Part shown: positions 50,901 through 60,691 of the stretch, piece after piece | Layout: every line of letters starts with the position of its first letter | Position numbering within the stretch: position 1 is the first letter of the stretch | Origin: Thermoplasmata archaeon | GTDB lineage: Archaea > Thermoplasmatota > Thermoplasmata > Lutacidiplasmatales > UBA184 | Length of the DNA: 64,000 nucleotides | Direction: 5' to 3' | NCBI GenBank assembly: GCA_022750335.1 | Contig: JAKIVX010000002.1 | Span: forward strand, 53,442 to 117,441 | The notes under the pieces: generated by a model | Databases searched by the model: none | The model's input: only the letters and a program-made list of their open reading frames with translations | What the model was told of the DNA's origin: nothing | Program-made: the position numbers and the translations under genes

Positions 50901-53900
50901 TTCGGGAAGCTCGGAAGGGGGGCGAACCGGACGGGGACGTTCGCGACTCCCACTCCGTTAGCCTCGACCAAGAACTGGACCGTGGCCGTCGGCTGGACGG
51001 AGAGGTTGGTCTCCACCGACGATCCGGGGGCGGAGATCGCGACCCTCACGCCGGCAGAGCGCTGATTGAGCAGGGGCCCGGAGGCGACGAGAGTGTAATT
51101 GCCCGGGCCGATCCCCGAGATGGTGTAATTGCCGGTGGAGTTGGTGGTGTAGGCTCCGACCGAGCCGTTGGAACTCGACGCCGTGACGACTGACCCGCCC
51201 ACCGGCAGGCCCCCCGAGAGGACCACTCCGGAAAGCACCGCCGGAGCGAGGCCGACCGAGCCATTGGCCATGCCGCCCGGGTTGAGGAACTGCCCCGACT
51301 CGGAGTAGTTGTGCCCGGCATACAGGATGCTGTAGTTGTACACCCCCGGAACGACCGACGGCAGGTTGAACGTGCCGTCCCGGTCGGTGGTGGCCGTCAC
51401 GGCGGTCTGGCCCGTGCTTCCCCACAGGACCGCTTGGGCACCGGCGACGAGCAGGTCCCGGTTGGGGTCGTAGGTGGAGTTGTTCGCGATGTTCCAGTAG
51501 ACCGTGCCGCTGAACTGCGAGGATCCGAGCTGGACGGGCAGCGTCAGCGTCGGCGCGTCGAATCCAAGCCCGTAGGAGTTCGGGACGTACACCTGGAGGC
51601 TGCGCAGCGAGACCGTACCCTGTTGTTTCAGGCCGTCAATTGAGCCGGACGTGAAGTTCAGGGTATCATTCCCGGGGGGGAGGACGAGGGTGTAGGACCC
51701 GTCCGAAGCGGTCACCGTCGTCATGTGGGGAATCCCCCACTGGTCGAAGGCGGTCACGCGGATTCCGGCGGCGGGCGTGCCGTCGGCCAGGTGGACGGTT
51801 CCGACCACCGTTTGACCGGGGTAGTACTCCAGGATCGATTCGCCGCCCTGGAAATAGCGGAAGTTGCTCGTGTTCGCGACGGCCCCCGTGGTCGCCTTGG
51901 CCTGCGCCACGGCGGCCGGCAGGTTGTCTGCGAGGCAGTTCGATGAGTTGTCGTCCGCCTTCGTCGGGCAATAGTACGCCGTGCGATAGACGACTTCGAA
52001 GTGCTGGAGCATCCATCCCGGCTCGACAGGGGAGTTTTGGAGGTTGGTCGAGAGGCCCGGGATCCCGCCCTGGGACTGGCCGATCTCGGTTCCGTTGTAC
52101 CCGATGTAGGTCCGGTAGATCATCGACTGGTAGAACGGCCCAAAATAATTGATGTTGTACTGCTCGGCCGTCACGTCCGCGGGAACCTGCCCGAGGGGGT
52201 AGGTGTTGCCGTCCGAGCCGAGGACCGTTACGTTGAAGAAAGAGGACGGGAGGCCGGCGGTGTCGATGACGCGGCCGGTCAGGTCGGCGGGAGCGTAGAA
52301 GATCCCCGTGTCCTGGCCGCTGAAGGGGAAGAGCCGGCTGTCGGTCATGTCGTAGCGGATCGACCACCCCGTGTACGCCTGCAGGTCGTCGTAGACCTTC
52401 GCCACCCCGGTCAGGGTGAGGGCGGATCCGATGTAGTACGAGGTCGCGAGGTACATCGCATTGTCGTCCGTCAGGGTCGAGGCGTCCACGGGGAGGTAGC
52501 GCGTGGGATTAGCGACGACCAAGGTGTAATCCGCGCTCTCGTTCGAGAGCAGCGTGTGCAGCCGCGTCAGGTTGAGCCCGTCGCGGGCGAGGATCACGTT
52601 GAGCGACGTGGGCAGGTACGGCTCGCCGCTCTTCGTCTGCTCGGCCTGGAGCAGGGTGGTCGCCAGGACCCCGATCGCGTTGGATTCGTTCTGGGCGAGG
52701 AGGAACTGACCGGCCGGGTCGATCCCGTTTTGGAAATTGTCCGCGACACTGGGATGGTCGCCCTGATCGATCGCCTGGAACCCATAGTCCCACCAGCTGA
52801 CGAAAGCGGGACGGTTGGGGGCGGGCGTATTCGTATCCTGGGTGGCCAACCAGTTGTATCCGGCGCTGTCGTATTGGTTGGGCGTGTCGAGGGACGTGCC
52901 GGCGGCGCCGAAGTAGGCGTTGGACGCCCCCACGGTGGAGCTTGGCTGGAGCCACGAGGGCAGCGAGTTCGCGACCTGGACCGAGAACCCGGACTTCGTG
53001 TTGCCCGGAATGCCCGCGTCGATGGAGATCCAGATGTTCGGGAGGATGAGTCCGACCACGAGCAGCATGATGAGGACGTGGCGGATCTTGAACGCGCGGC
53101 GGAACGCCGAGAGCTGGCTCCGGCGGTCGGAGAGGGACGCGACCGTACGGCGCAGTTCCGGGTAGCCGGCCACATCGAGGGCCCGCCGGAGCCCTTCGGC
53201 CGGAAGGAGTGCGAACGCGGGCGAGCCGAGCAGGAAGAACTTCGCGGCCGAGATCGGGAGGTAGATCGAGAGGATCGAGAAGACGAGGAAGACCGCGGTC
53301 GCTCGGGGGAATTTTCCTCGGACGAGCTGGACCGCGAACAGGACCACGCCGACGAAAGCGAGGAAGAAGGTGATCACTCCGTACCCGACGACCAGCTCGT
53401 CGATGGACGGGGCCTGGGCCTCGGCGACGGTCGAGTAGATGAGGTTCTTGACGAAGTAGCCCTGGCCGGTGACGATGCTCGTGAAGTAATCCGGACTGAT
53501 GACCGCGAGCGCGACGGCCGCGAGCGCCACCTCGCCGACCAGGACGGGAATCGAGAGGACCCACGGGGAGTCCCGCAGCATCAGGAACGGTAGGAGGAGG
53601 AGGAGCACGCCGAAGAAGAGGAGCAGCGGGAGCCCGAACCAGATGGCGAACTGGTTCTGGGCGAGGTAGTACGGAATGGCCATCGGGAAGCCGACGAGCC
53701 CGACGATCCACATCGAGACGTACAGGCCGAACGAATCGACGCGGCGGATGCGCTCCGCGATGAGGAGGATGAGCACCGAGAGGGCGATGACGACGACCCC
53801 GTACGTGTACCCCTGCCAGGCCAACGCAAGCGCGCCCAAGCTGACCCCCGTGAAGACCGCCCATTTCACGGCCGAGCGTTCGGTCCGCAGGAACGTTCGG

Positions 53901-54526
53901 ACGCCCTGGTAGAACTGCTTCGGGTCCCGGTACGAGCCGACGTACCGGTTCCTGCCGACCGCCTTGACCGTCCGGATCCAGGAGTAGAGTACGATCAGGA
54001 TGAGGAAGGTGTAGAACGAGAGGTAGTTGGCATAACCAAAGATGGACGAATTGATACTGGCCGGCAGGAAGGGGAAGATCATGGCCGCGATGAGGCCCAT
54101 CCGGCGGGAGCTGACCTCCTTCCCGACGAGGTACACGGGGAAGACCGTCAGCGCCGCCCACAGGGGACCCTGGAGCTCAAGGAACCAGGCGCCCGCCTCG
54201 ATGGCGTTCCCGCCGAAGAACGGCGCGAACAGGATCCCGAGGATGGCGTTCATCCAATCGAACAGCGGCTCCCGCGGGTTGATCGCCCCGAACGGGAACT
54301 TGAGCATCGGGTCGTGGATGAGATTCGCGTGGGTCAGAATGATGTACGTCGTGACGCGCGAGTGGTAGTACGAGTCCGAGCCGCCGGCGTAGGTGTAGAG
54401 AGCGCCCCATTGCTGGACGACCGGGAACGTCCAGACGGTCCGGACGAGGAAGGCCGAGGCGAAGGCGCCCAGCAGGATGGCGACGGTCCAGATGTTGCGG
54501 CGCCACCACCCTGAGGTCGACTGCAT
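47927..54526 (-). CDS. aglB: Oligosaccharyltransferase AglB (STT3) with very long extracellular beta-sandwich extension and C-terminal TM
   Basis: 'GSDSYYH', 'TVAEAQ', 'SWWDYG', 'ADNFQ', multi-TM N-terminal region. Confidence 0.92.
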   Translation of the reverse strand: MQSTSGWWRRNIWTVAILLGAFASAFLVRTVWTFPVVQQWGALYTYAGGSDSYYHSRVTTYIILTHANLIHDPMLKFPFGAINPREPLFDWMNAILGILFAPFFGGNAIEAGAWFLELQGPLWAALTVFPVYLVGKEVSSRRMGLIAAMIFPFLPASINSSIFGYANYLSFYTFLILIVLYSWIRTVKAVGRNRYVGSYRDPKQFYQGVRTFLRTERSAVKWAVFTGVSLGALALAWQGYTYGVVVIALSVLILLIAERIRRVDSFGLYVSMWIVGLVGFPMAIPYYLAQNQFAIWFGLPLLLFFGVLLLLLPFLMLRDSPWVLSIPVLVGEVALAAVALAVISPDYFTSIVTGQGYFVKNLIYSTVAEAQAPSIDELVVGYGVITFFLAFVGVVLFAVQLVRGKFPRATAVFLVFSILSIYLPISAAKFFLLGSPAFALLPAEGLRRALDVAGYPELRRTVASLSDRRSQLSAFRRAFKIRHVLIMLLVVGLILPNIWISIDAGIPGNTKSGFSVQVANSLPSWLQPSSTVGASNAYFGAAGTSLDTPNQYDSAGYNWLATQDTNTPAPNRPAFVSWWDYGFQAIDQGDHPSVADNFQNGIDPAGQFLLAQNESNAIGVLATTLLQAEQTKSGEPYLPTSLNVILARDGLNLTRLHTLLSNESADYTLVVANPTRYLPVDASTLTDDNAMYLATSYYIGSALTLTGVAKVYDDLQAYTGWSIRYDMTDSRLFPFSGQDTGIFYAPADLTGRVIDTAGLPSSFFNVTVLGSDGNTYPLGQVPADVTAEQYNINYFGPFYQSMIYRTYIGYNGTEIGQSQGGIPGLSTNLQNSPVEPGWMLQHFEVVYRTAYYCPTKADDNSSNCLADNLPAAVAQAKATTGAVANTSNFRYFQGGESILEYYPGQTVVGTVHLADGTPAAGIRVTAFDQWGIPHMTTVTASDGSYTLVLPPGNDTLNFTSGSIDGLKQQGTVSLRSLQVYVPNSYGLGFDAPTLTLPVQLGSSQFSGTVYWNIANNSTYDPNRDLLVAGAQAVLWGSTGQTAVTATTDRDGTFNLPSVVPGVYNYSILYAGHNYSESGQFLNPGGMANGSVGLAPAVLSGVVLSGGLPVGGSVVTASSSNGSVGAYTTNSTGNYTISGIGPGNYTLVASGPLLNQRSAGVRVAISAPGSSVETNLSVQPTATVQFLVEANGVGVANVPVRFAPLPSFPNASESPLAALESSTSNGTVVTSSGSGVVTATLPIGNYSVYALGYVGNSLESALTSVSAFPGLPTSLTPLALGTTARLSGTVATTGGFNSSKTAVLVYGLGYGEVTTWAAAGGAYSVLLPLGNYTVLALEGPSTGLASISAALTQVSLFFPTVLPLAPVGAVATRFTVGTPQSDGTLFPAIAAAVSLSAGPNGPTLPSLASFNGTVAYYVPSTIPLSAGGYCVRVQSAGFLPASECGLTGPGLASMNRLVLSLRPVNVQLSVVGLPSGTSVTVNLTSLGAPAISHQLIGGPVFSFTTTPGPYTVSARAVIGSGTVVYLPSSLLNTTIPLGAYSSNLTLHLVPGINSTGTLLLPSGGTLANATVALSSPGFNITVNGKNYTKGFYTAPGTYTAHASEVVAGVTYASLVRVSVSGSGAITPSISLRTLGVSTTGTLLTQEGSLVKLNTTLTLRTSNGSTLRTAVVNGSFSTTLPADTLFFASANGTLLTAGSNGSYFVSYSIPSTVVCETTENASSCPLEVVPTVNSVWLNGTLSAVGVPGLQPGSLRLVGPYPATTVTLLNTSNGTFSVALAPGAYSLYATAGGGSEPLANLTSVFALPGAAPVSVNLRPTWSTTVTVSGPNGSAASLGPATVVVQTVFGTQSVYTGLPVGVPFSLALPVGVYTVTASAVGSPYGVPTNASGTSVLTVASGNVALNVSLAYSFNYRATGTLVGSPTQTINAGARVTYQFTIRDSGNAPITVHPVGSPSYWTFNFSFTNVTLRPGPTGATFPAEVSILVPAGTVVLHPPVLLELELANDTIAGTVTPGPTLDIHAYYGVAIGPTPSAGPTLSTTKALVPFFLVNTGNAYEDVRLTIVDQSRIESLGWAISIRVGNGSLNGPVGLTPGVNSSAELNLSALGSIFVPVGSVTLSAIVINASGAVSASTTLKVPLGSLAPGNPLSGPTLIVTGPDVGNATATTLSSYIPALVFVPAIGLAIALLVRRWVKTRRWTRR

Positions 54527-54638
54527 CGATCGCCGGCTCTCCTCGAACCGGCGGCGCGCGAGACCGAGGGGGTGTATAAATAGCCTGCTCTTACTTAATT
54601 TTCGACGGCGGCGGAAACCGTCCGGGGCCGGTCCGAAA

Positions 54639-55163
54639 TCAGTCGTCCGCGCGGAACCGGTAGAACCAACGTCCGTCGCCGATGTCGAACGATTCTAGGC
54701 GAACCGACTGTCCGATCCGGAGCTCGGTCCACGCCCGACCTTCGATGCGACCGAACAGGCGGAGCGGGACGCCGTCCAGGTCGACAAGGCCGACCGCGAA
54801 CGGAACGTCGCTTTCCATCCCCAGGGGCGCGCCTCCGAGGACCGCGCTGAACGCGTAGATCCGACCCCGTTCGGGAAGGTCGACCCAATCAACGTCCTCG
54901 GTGTGGCAACCGGGACATGCGGTTCGGGGCGGCCAGAGGAGCACTCCTTCCTGGACACAACGGGTCGTGGAGACCCGGCCTTCTTTGAGCCGCTCGAAGA
55001 AGCGTGACAGTCGAGTCTGGTCGGCCGTCTCGAGGGGGAAGAAGTCCAGCAGGAACGGCTTCTTTTCCCGGGGACGGGATGTCGGATCCGGGCTGGGGAC
55101 CGGCTCCGGTGTCGGTGCCGCGAGGGTGGGTGTGGGCCGTCGGGGGCGGGCCTCAGCGCTCAT
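54639..55163 (-). CDS. DUF35 Zn-ribbon/OB-fold acyl-CoA-binding protein
   Basis: 'WPPRTACPGC', 'GRIYAFS', 'PFAVGLVDL'; ATGA overlap with thiolase. Confidence 0.88.
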   Translation of the reverse strand: MSAEARPRRPTPTLAAPTPEPVPSPDPTSRPREKKPFLLDFFPLETADQTRLSRFFERLKEGRVSTTRCVQEGVLLWPPRTACPGCHTEDVDWVDLPERGRIYAFSAVLGGAPLGMESDVPFAVGLVDLDGVPLRLFGRIEGRAWTELRIGQSVRLESFDIGDGRWFYRFRADD

Positions 55164-56344
55164 GCGGCCCCTCCCCGCTGGTAGATCATCACCGAGTGGA
55201 CGTTTGCGCTGCCCGACAGGTTGTGGACGAGGCCCCATTCGGGGTCCGGTACGGTCCGAGCCGCCGGGGCTGCGCCCGACATCTGGCGGTAGACCTCCAC
55301 AGCCTGGGCGATCCCGGTCGCCCCGAGTGGATGGCCACATCCTAGCAGACCGCCGCGGGGGTTCACGACGAGTTTCCCGCCGATATCCCCTTGACCCTCC
55401 GAAGCGAACGGGCCGCCTTTGCCGGGCTCGGCCCATCCGAACATCTCGTACTCGACGATCTCGGAGATCGTGAAGCAGTCGTGGATCTCGGCGAAGTCGA
55501 CGTCGTCCGGTCCGATACCGGCCCGTCCGAACGCTTCTCGGGCGGCGTGTTTGAGGCCGACCCAATCGGTCAGGGACCCCGCGTTGGCGAGGTTGTGGAA
55601 ATCCGAGTACTGTCCCGTTCCCCGGATCCAGGCGGGCCGGTCCGTGTACGCCCGCGCTCGGTCGGCCGCGACCAACACGACCGCGGCGGCCCCGTCGGTC
55701 ATGGAAGAGCAGTCACCGAGCCGCAACGGAGGGGCGACGAGGGGGAGGCGCGCGAGCTTCTCGCGGGAGAAGGTCTTCTCATAAAACTGCGCTTCGGGGT
55801 TCGAGTTCGCGAATCGGTGGTTCTTCTCGGAGACAGCAGCGAGCTGGTCGTCCGTGGTCCCATACTCGAGCTGGTGGCGCTGGGCCACCATCGCGAAGAA
55901 GGGAGGGGCGGTGGCCCCGTGCGGACCATCCCAGGCCCGGTCCATGACGCTCGCCATGGCCGTGTTGGCTTCGGCCATCGACGGTAAGTTCATCTTCTCG
56001 ACTCCGACGGCGACCGCCACGTCCGAAAGGCCCGACGCGATCGCGGCGTAGGCCGACCGGATCGCGGACTGGCCGGACGCACACGCGAGCTCGGTGCGCT
56101 GGATGATGCGGTGCGGACGGAGGCCCATTTGTTCGGCGGCGAACGGCGCCACGTGGGATTGGAAGGCGAACCGCTCTGGTTCCGCGGCCCCCAAGAAGAG
56201 CGAATCGACGTCCTCGGACCGGAGTTCGGGGACCGACCGGAACAGCGCGACACCGATCTCCTGGGCGAGTTCGGCCCAAGTCGATGCGCGGACCCCGAAC
56301 TTGGTCGTCGCCCCCCCCACCAGGGCCACGTCCCGGACGTTCAT
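55160..56344 (-). CDS. SCP2/SCP-x type thiolase
   Basis: 'ELACASG', 'EIHDCF', 'GHPLGATG', 'HNLSG'. Confidence 0.9.
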   Translation of the reverse strand: MNVRDVALVGGATTKFGVRASTWAELAQEIGVALFRSVPELRSEDVDSLFLGAAEPERFAFQSHVAPFAAEQMGLRPHRIIQRTELACASGQSAIRSAYAAIASGLSDVAVAVGVEKMNLPSMAEANTAMASVMDRAWDGPHGATAPPFFAMVAQRHQLEYGTTDDQLAAVSEKNHRFANSNPEAQFYEKTFSREKLARLPLVAPPLRLGDCSSMTDGAAAVVLVAADRARAYTDRPAWIRGTGQYSDFHNLANAGSLTDWVGLKHAAREAFGRAGIGPDDVDFAEIHDCFTISEIVEYEMFGWAEPGKGGPFASEGQGDIGGKLVVNPRGGLLGCGHPLGATGIAQAVEVYRQMSGAAPAARTVPDPEWGLVHNLSGSANVHSVMIYQRGGAA

Positions 56345-57474
56345 GCCGGCTCCTCCCGCAGGGCGGCGACGACCCGGTCACCGGCTTCGGACGTGGTGGC
56401 CGTGCCCCCTTGGTCGTAGGTACCGGAACCGCCCCGCGCGAGCACGCGCGCGAGGGTGCGCTCCAGACGGTCGGCCTGGGCGAGGAGGCGCGCATCCTGA
56501 TGACGCCCGCCCAACCAGCGGAGCATCTGTTCGACGGCGAAGAACGTGGCGAACGGGTTCACCTGATTCTTCCCCGCGTACTTCGGGGCCGAACCGTGAA
56601 CAGGTTCGAACATCCCGTGGTCGGTCCCAATGTTGCCACCAGAGGCGAATCCCATACCGCCCTGGAGGACGGAAGCGAGGTCGGTCACGATGTCCCCCAT
56701 CATGTTGGTCGTAACCGCGACGTTGTACCGCTCGGGGTTGCGAACGAGCCACTGGGTGAAGGCGTCGACGTAGGCGTAATCGCGCTCGATCTCCGGATAC
56801 TCCTTCGAGACGCGATCGTACGTTTCCCGAAAGAACCGGCAGCCTTCCATCACGTTCGATTTGTCGATGCAGGTCACGCGCTTCACTCCGTCGCCCGGTG
56901 CCCCCCGGGAGCGATGGCGGGCGAGCTCGAACGCGTAGCGGATGACCCGTTCCGAGCCTTTTCGGGTAATGATCCGTGTGTCGACGGCGACCTCGGTCTC
57001 GCCGCCTCGTCGAAGGCGCCCGCGCGCCGGCGTGTAGAGGTCCTCCGTGTTCTCACGGATGATCACCATGTCCACGAACTTCGGTGACCAGACCTCGCGA
57101 TACTCCCCACTGATCCGGTGCCGGACTCCCGGGTACAGCCGACAGGGTCGTACGTTGGCGAACAGGTCAAGCCCCTCTCGCAGCCCGAGCACCAAGGCGC
57201 GGCCGGCGAGGTCTCCGTTGGGAAGCGACGCGCCCGGCCATCCGACCGCCCCGAGAAGGATCGCGTCGGCCGTTCGAGAGGCAGCTTCGGCCTCGGGTTC
57301 CCACTCGCGTCCCGTCTTGAGGTAGTACTGTCCTCCGCCAGGATACTCGGTGAGGTGCCAGGGAGCGGCGCCCCCTTCCGCCAGGCCATCCAGGACCTTG
57401 CGCCCTTCGCGTAAGACCTCCGGACCGGTACCGTCCCCGGGGAAAACGGCGATCTCGTAACCGGCGTCCTTCAT
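56341..57474 (-). CDS. Beta-hydroxyacid oxidative decarboxylase (isopropylmalate/homoisocitrate/isocitrate dehydrogenase family)
   Basis: 'PGDGTGPE', 'IRENTED', 'DKSNV', 'FEPVHGSAP'. Confidence 0.9.
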   Translation of the reverse strand: MKDAGYEIAVFPGDGTGPEVLREGRKVLDGLAEGGAAPWHLTEYPGGGQYYLKTGREWEPEAEAASRTADAILLGAVGWPGASLPNGDLAGRALVLGLREGLDLFANVRPCRLYPGVRHRISGEYREVWSPKFVDMVIIRENTEDLYTPARGRLRRGGETEVAVDTRIITRKGSERVIRYAFELARHRSRGAPGDGVKRVTCIDKSNVMEGCRFFRETYDRVSKEYPEIERDYAYVDAFTQWLVRNPERYNVAVTTNMMGDIVTDLASVLQGGMGFASGGNIGTDHGMFEPVHGSAPKYAGKNQVNPFATFFAVEQMLRWLGGRHQDARLLAQADRLERTLARVLARGGSGTYDQGGTATTSEAGDRVVAALREEPA

Positions 57475-57995
57475 GCCGCTCCGGCCGCGGCCTTGCGGGC
57501 CTCGAGCTCCGCCCGGACCTTTTCGACCAGACCGCCGGCCTCGAGCAGGTCGAGCAGGTGGTGGGGGAGGGGTGGGAAGGTAACGAAGGCCCCTGTACGC
57601 AGGTTCGTGATGCGACCCGCGGACATCTCGATCCGTGCGGTATCGCCCTTCTCGAAGATCCGCCGCACCCCTTTCGCCTCGACGGTGGGGATCCCGAGGT
57701 TGATCGCGTTCCGGTAGAAGATTCGGGCGAACGAGTCGGCGAGCACGGCGCCGACCCCGATGGCCCGCATCGCTTGGGGTGCATGTTCGCGGCTCGACCC
57801 ACAGGCGAAGTTTTCCTCGGCGACGATGATGTCCCCCGCCCGTGCCTCCGCGGCGAATTCGGGCAGCGCGATCTCAAAGACGTGCTTCTTGAGCTCGTTG
57901 GGGTCGATGATCGTGAGGTACTTTCCCGAGATGATCTGGTCGGTGTCGACGTCGGTGCCCAGCACCCACACCCGCCCTTCGATGACGTCCTTCAT
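57471..57995 (-). CDS. LeuD/HacB-type isomerase small subunit
   Basis: 'DVDTDQII', 'CGSSREHA', 'FARIFYRN'. Confidence 0.92.
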   Translation of the reverse strand: MKDVIEGRVWVLGTDVDTDQIISGKYLTIIDPNELKKHVFEIALPEFAAEARAGDIIVAEENFACGSSREHAPQAMRAIGVGAVLADSFARIFYRNAINLGIPTVEAKGVRRIFEKGDTARIEMSAGRITNLRTGAFVTFPPLPHHLLDLLEAGGLVEKVRAELEARKAAAGAA

Positions 57996-58003
57996 GGCCT
58001 CCT

Positions 58004-59283
58004 CTACATCAGGTCGCGCGGGTCGGTGAGCTCGCCTCGGATCGCCGCCGCGACGGTCGCCGCCGGCGAGAGGAGGTAGATCCGGGCCTCCTTCGCGCCC
58101 ATGCGGCCGGGGAAGTTTCGGTTCGAGGATGAGGCGCAGACCTCCTCGGGGGCGAGGATGCCCATGTTCCCGCCAAAGCAGGCGGAGCAGCTCGAGTTGG
58201 TGAAGACGGCGCCGGCCTCAGTGAACGTCTCGATGATCCCTTCGGCGAGACATTGCTGGTAGATCTTGGTGGACGCGGGCGATACGATGAACCGGACGCC
58301 GGGCGCCACCTTGTGCCCCTTCATCATGGCCGCGCCCTCGCGCAGGTCCTCGATACGAGCGTTCGTGCAGGACCCGAGGAAGACCTGGTCGACCCGGACG
58401 TGCTCCCGGACCACGTCGGGAAGGGGTCGGACGTTGTCCGGCGAGTAGGGACACGCCACCATCGGGGGCATGTCGGTGACGTCGATATCGATGACCCGCT
58501 CGTACGTCGCGTCCGCGTCCGAGAGCAGCGGGTGCATCGAGTGCTTCGCGATGGGTCGGAGGTAGTCGAATGTGGTCTCATCGGGCGCCACCATCCCGGT
58601 CTTGGCGCCCATCTCGGTCGTCATGTTGCAGATCGTGAACCGTTCGGGCATCGAGAGCGCGGCGATGGTCGGGCCGGTGAACTCGACGGCCTTGTACGTC
58701 GCCCCCGTGGTCTTGACCTCTCCCAGGATTCGGAGAATGAGGTCCTTGGCGAACACGCCGGGACCGAACGTTCCGCGGACCCGGACCTGGATTGTCGGGG
58801 GCACCTTCAGCCACAGCCGTCCCAGGGCCAGCACGGCCGCCATCTCGGTCGGGCCGATGCCCGCCGCCACGGCGCCCATCGCCCCGAGCATGTTCGTATG
58901 CGAATCGGTGCCGACCGCGAGGTCTCCCGGAACCACCCAACCGTTCTCGGCGAGGATCTGGTGGCAGATCCCGTGGTTCCCGACATCGTAAAAGTGCGGC
59001 AGGTGGGTCTCGGCTGCGAACTTTCGGAGGATGCGGTGGAGGACGGCGGCGCCTTCCGTGGAGGCCGGCACCCAGTGGTCGATCGCGATCACGACGCGGT
59101 CGGGGTCCCAGACCGTCTCGGCCCCCATCTGGTGGAATGGCAGGACTGTTTGGGCGCCTTGCTCGTGCATCATCGCGAGGTCAACATTCCCCTCGACGAT
59201 CTGGCCCGGGACCACGTGGTCGAGCCCCCCCGCGCGTGCGAGGATCTTCTCGGCCATGTTCATGCCGTGCCCGTTCGACGCGG

Positions 59284-59287
<4 letters not shown>
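58004..59287 (-). CDS. LeuC/HacA-type isomerase large subunit
   Basis: 'GTDSHT', 'GSCTNAR', 'CSACFG', 'SNRNFPGRMG'. Confidence 0.92.
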
Positions 59288-60531
<1,244 letters not shown>

Positions 60532-60551
60532 CGACGCTTCCACCCGTCGAG

Positions 60552-60640
60552 CCGCATTAACCTTTGTCGCGATGCGGGGCCGATTCTTCGGCGGAGGCGA
60601 CGTGCTAACGCTCGCGTGGCATCAGTACTTAAATACCGTC
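60552..60640. promoter_or_regulatory. Divergent promoter region with two TATA-like boxes
   Basis: AT-rich ATTAACCTTT (about 60556, minus strand) and CTTAAATA (about 60628, plus strand) in a GC-rich background. Confidence 0.5.
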
Positions 60641-60691
60641 CCGTGCTGAAACGCAGTGCACGTCGCGTTCGACGGTAATTCGAGGATTCAC

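Noticed and set aside
47927..54526. Intein as the cause of AglB length
   Set aside because: No intein splice-junction or LAGLIDADG motifs seen; the extension is sequon-rich extracellular sequence.
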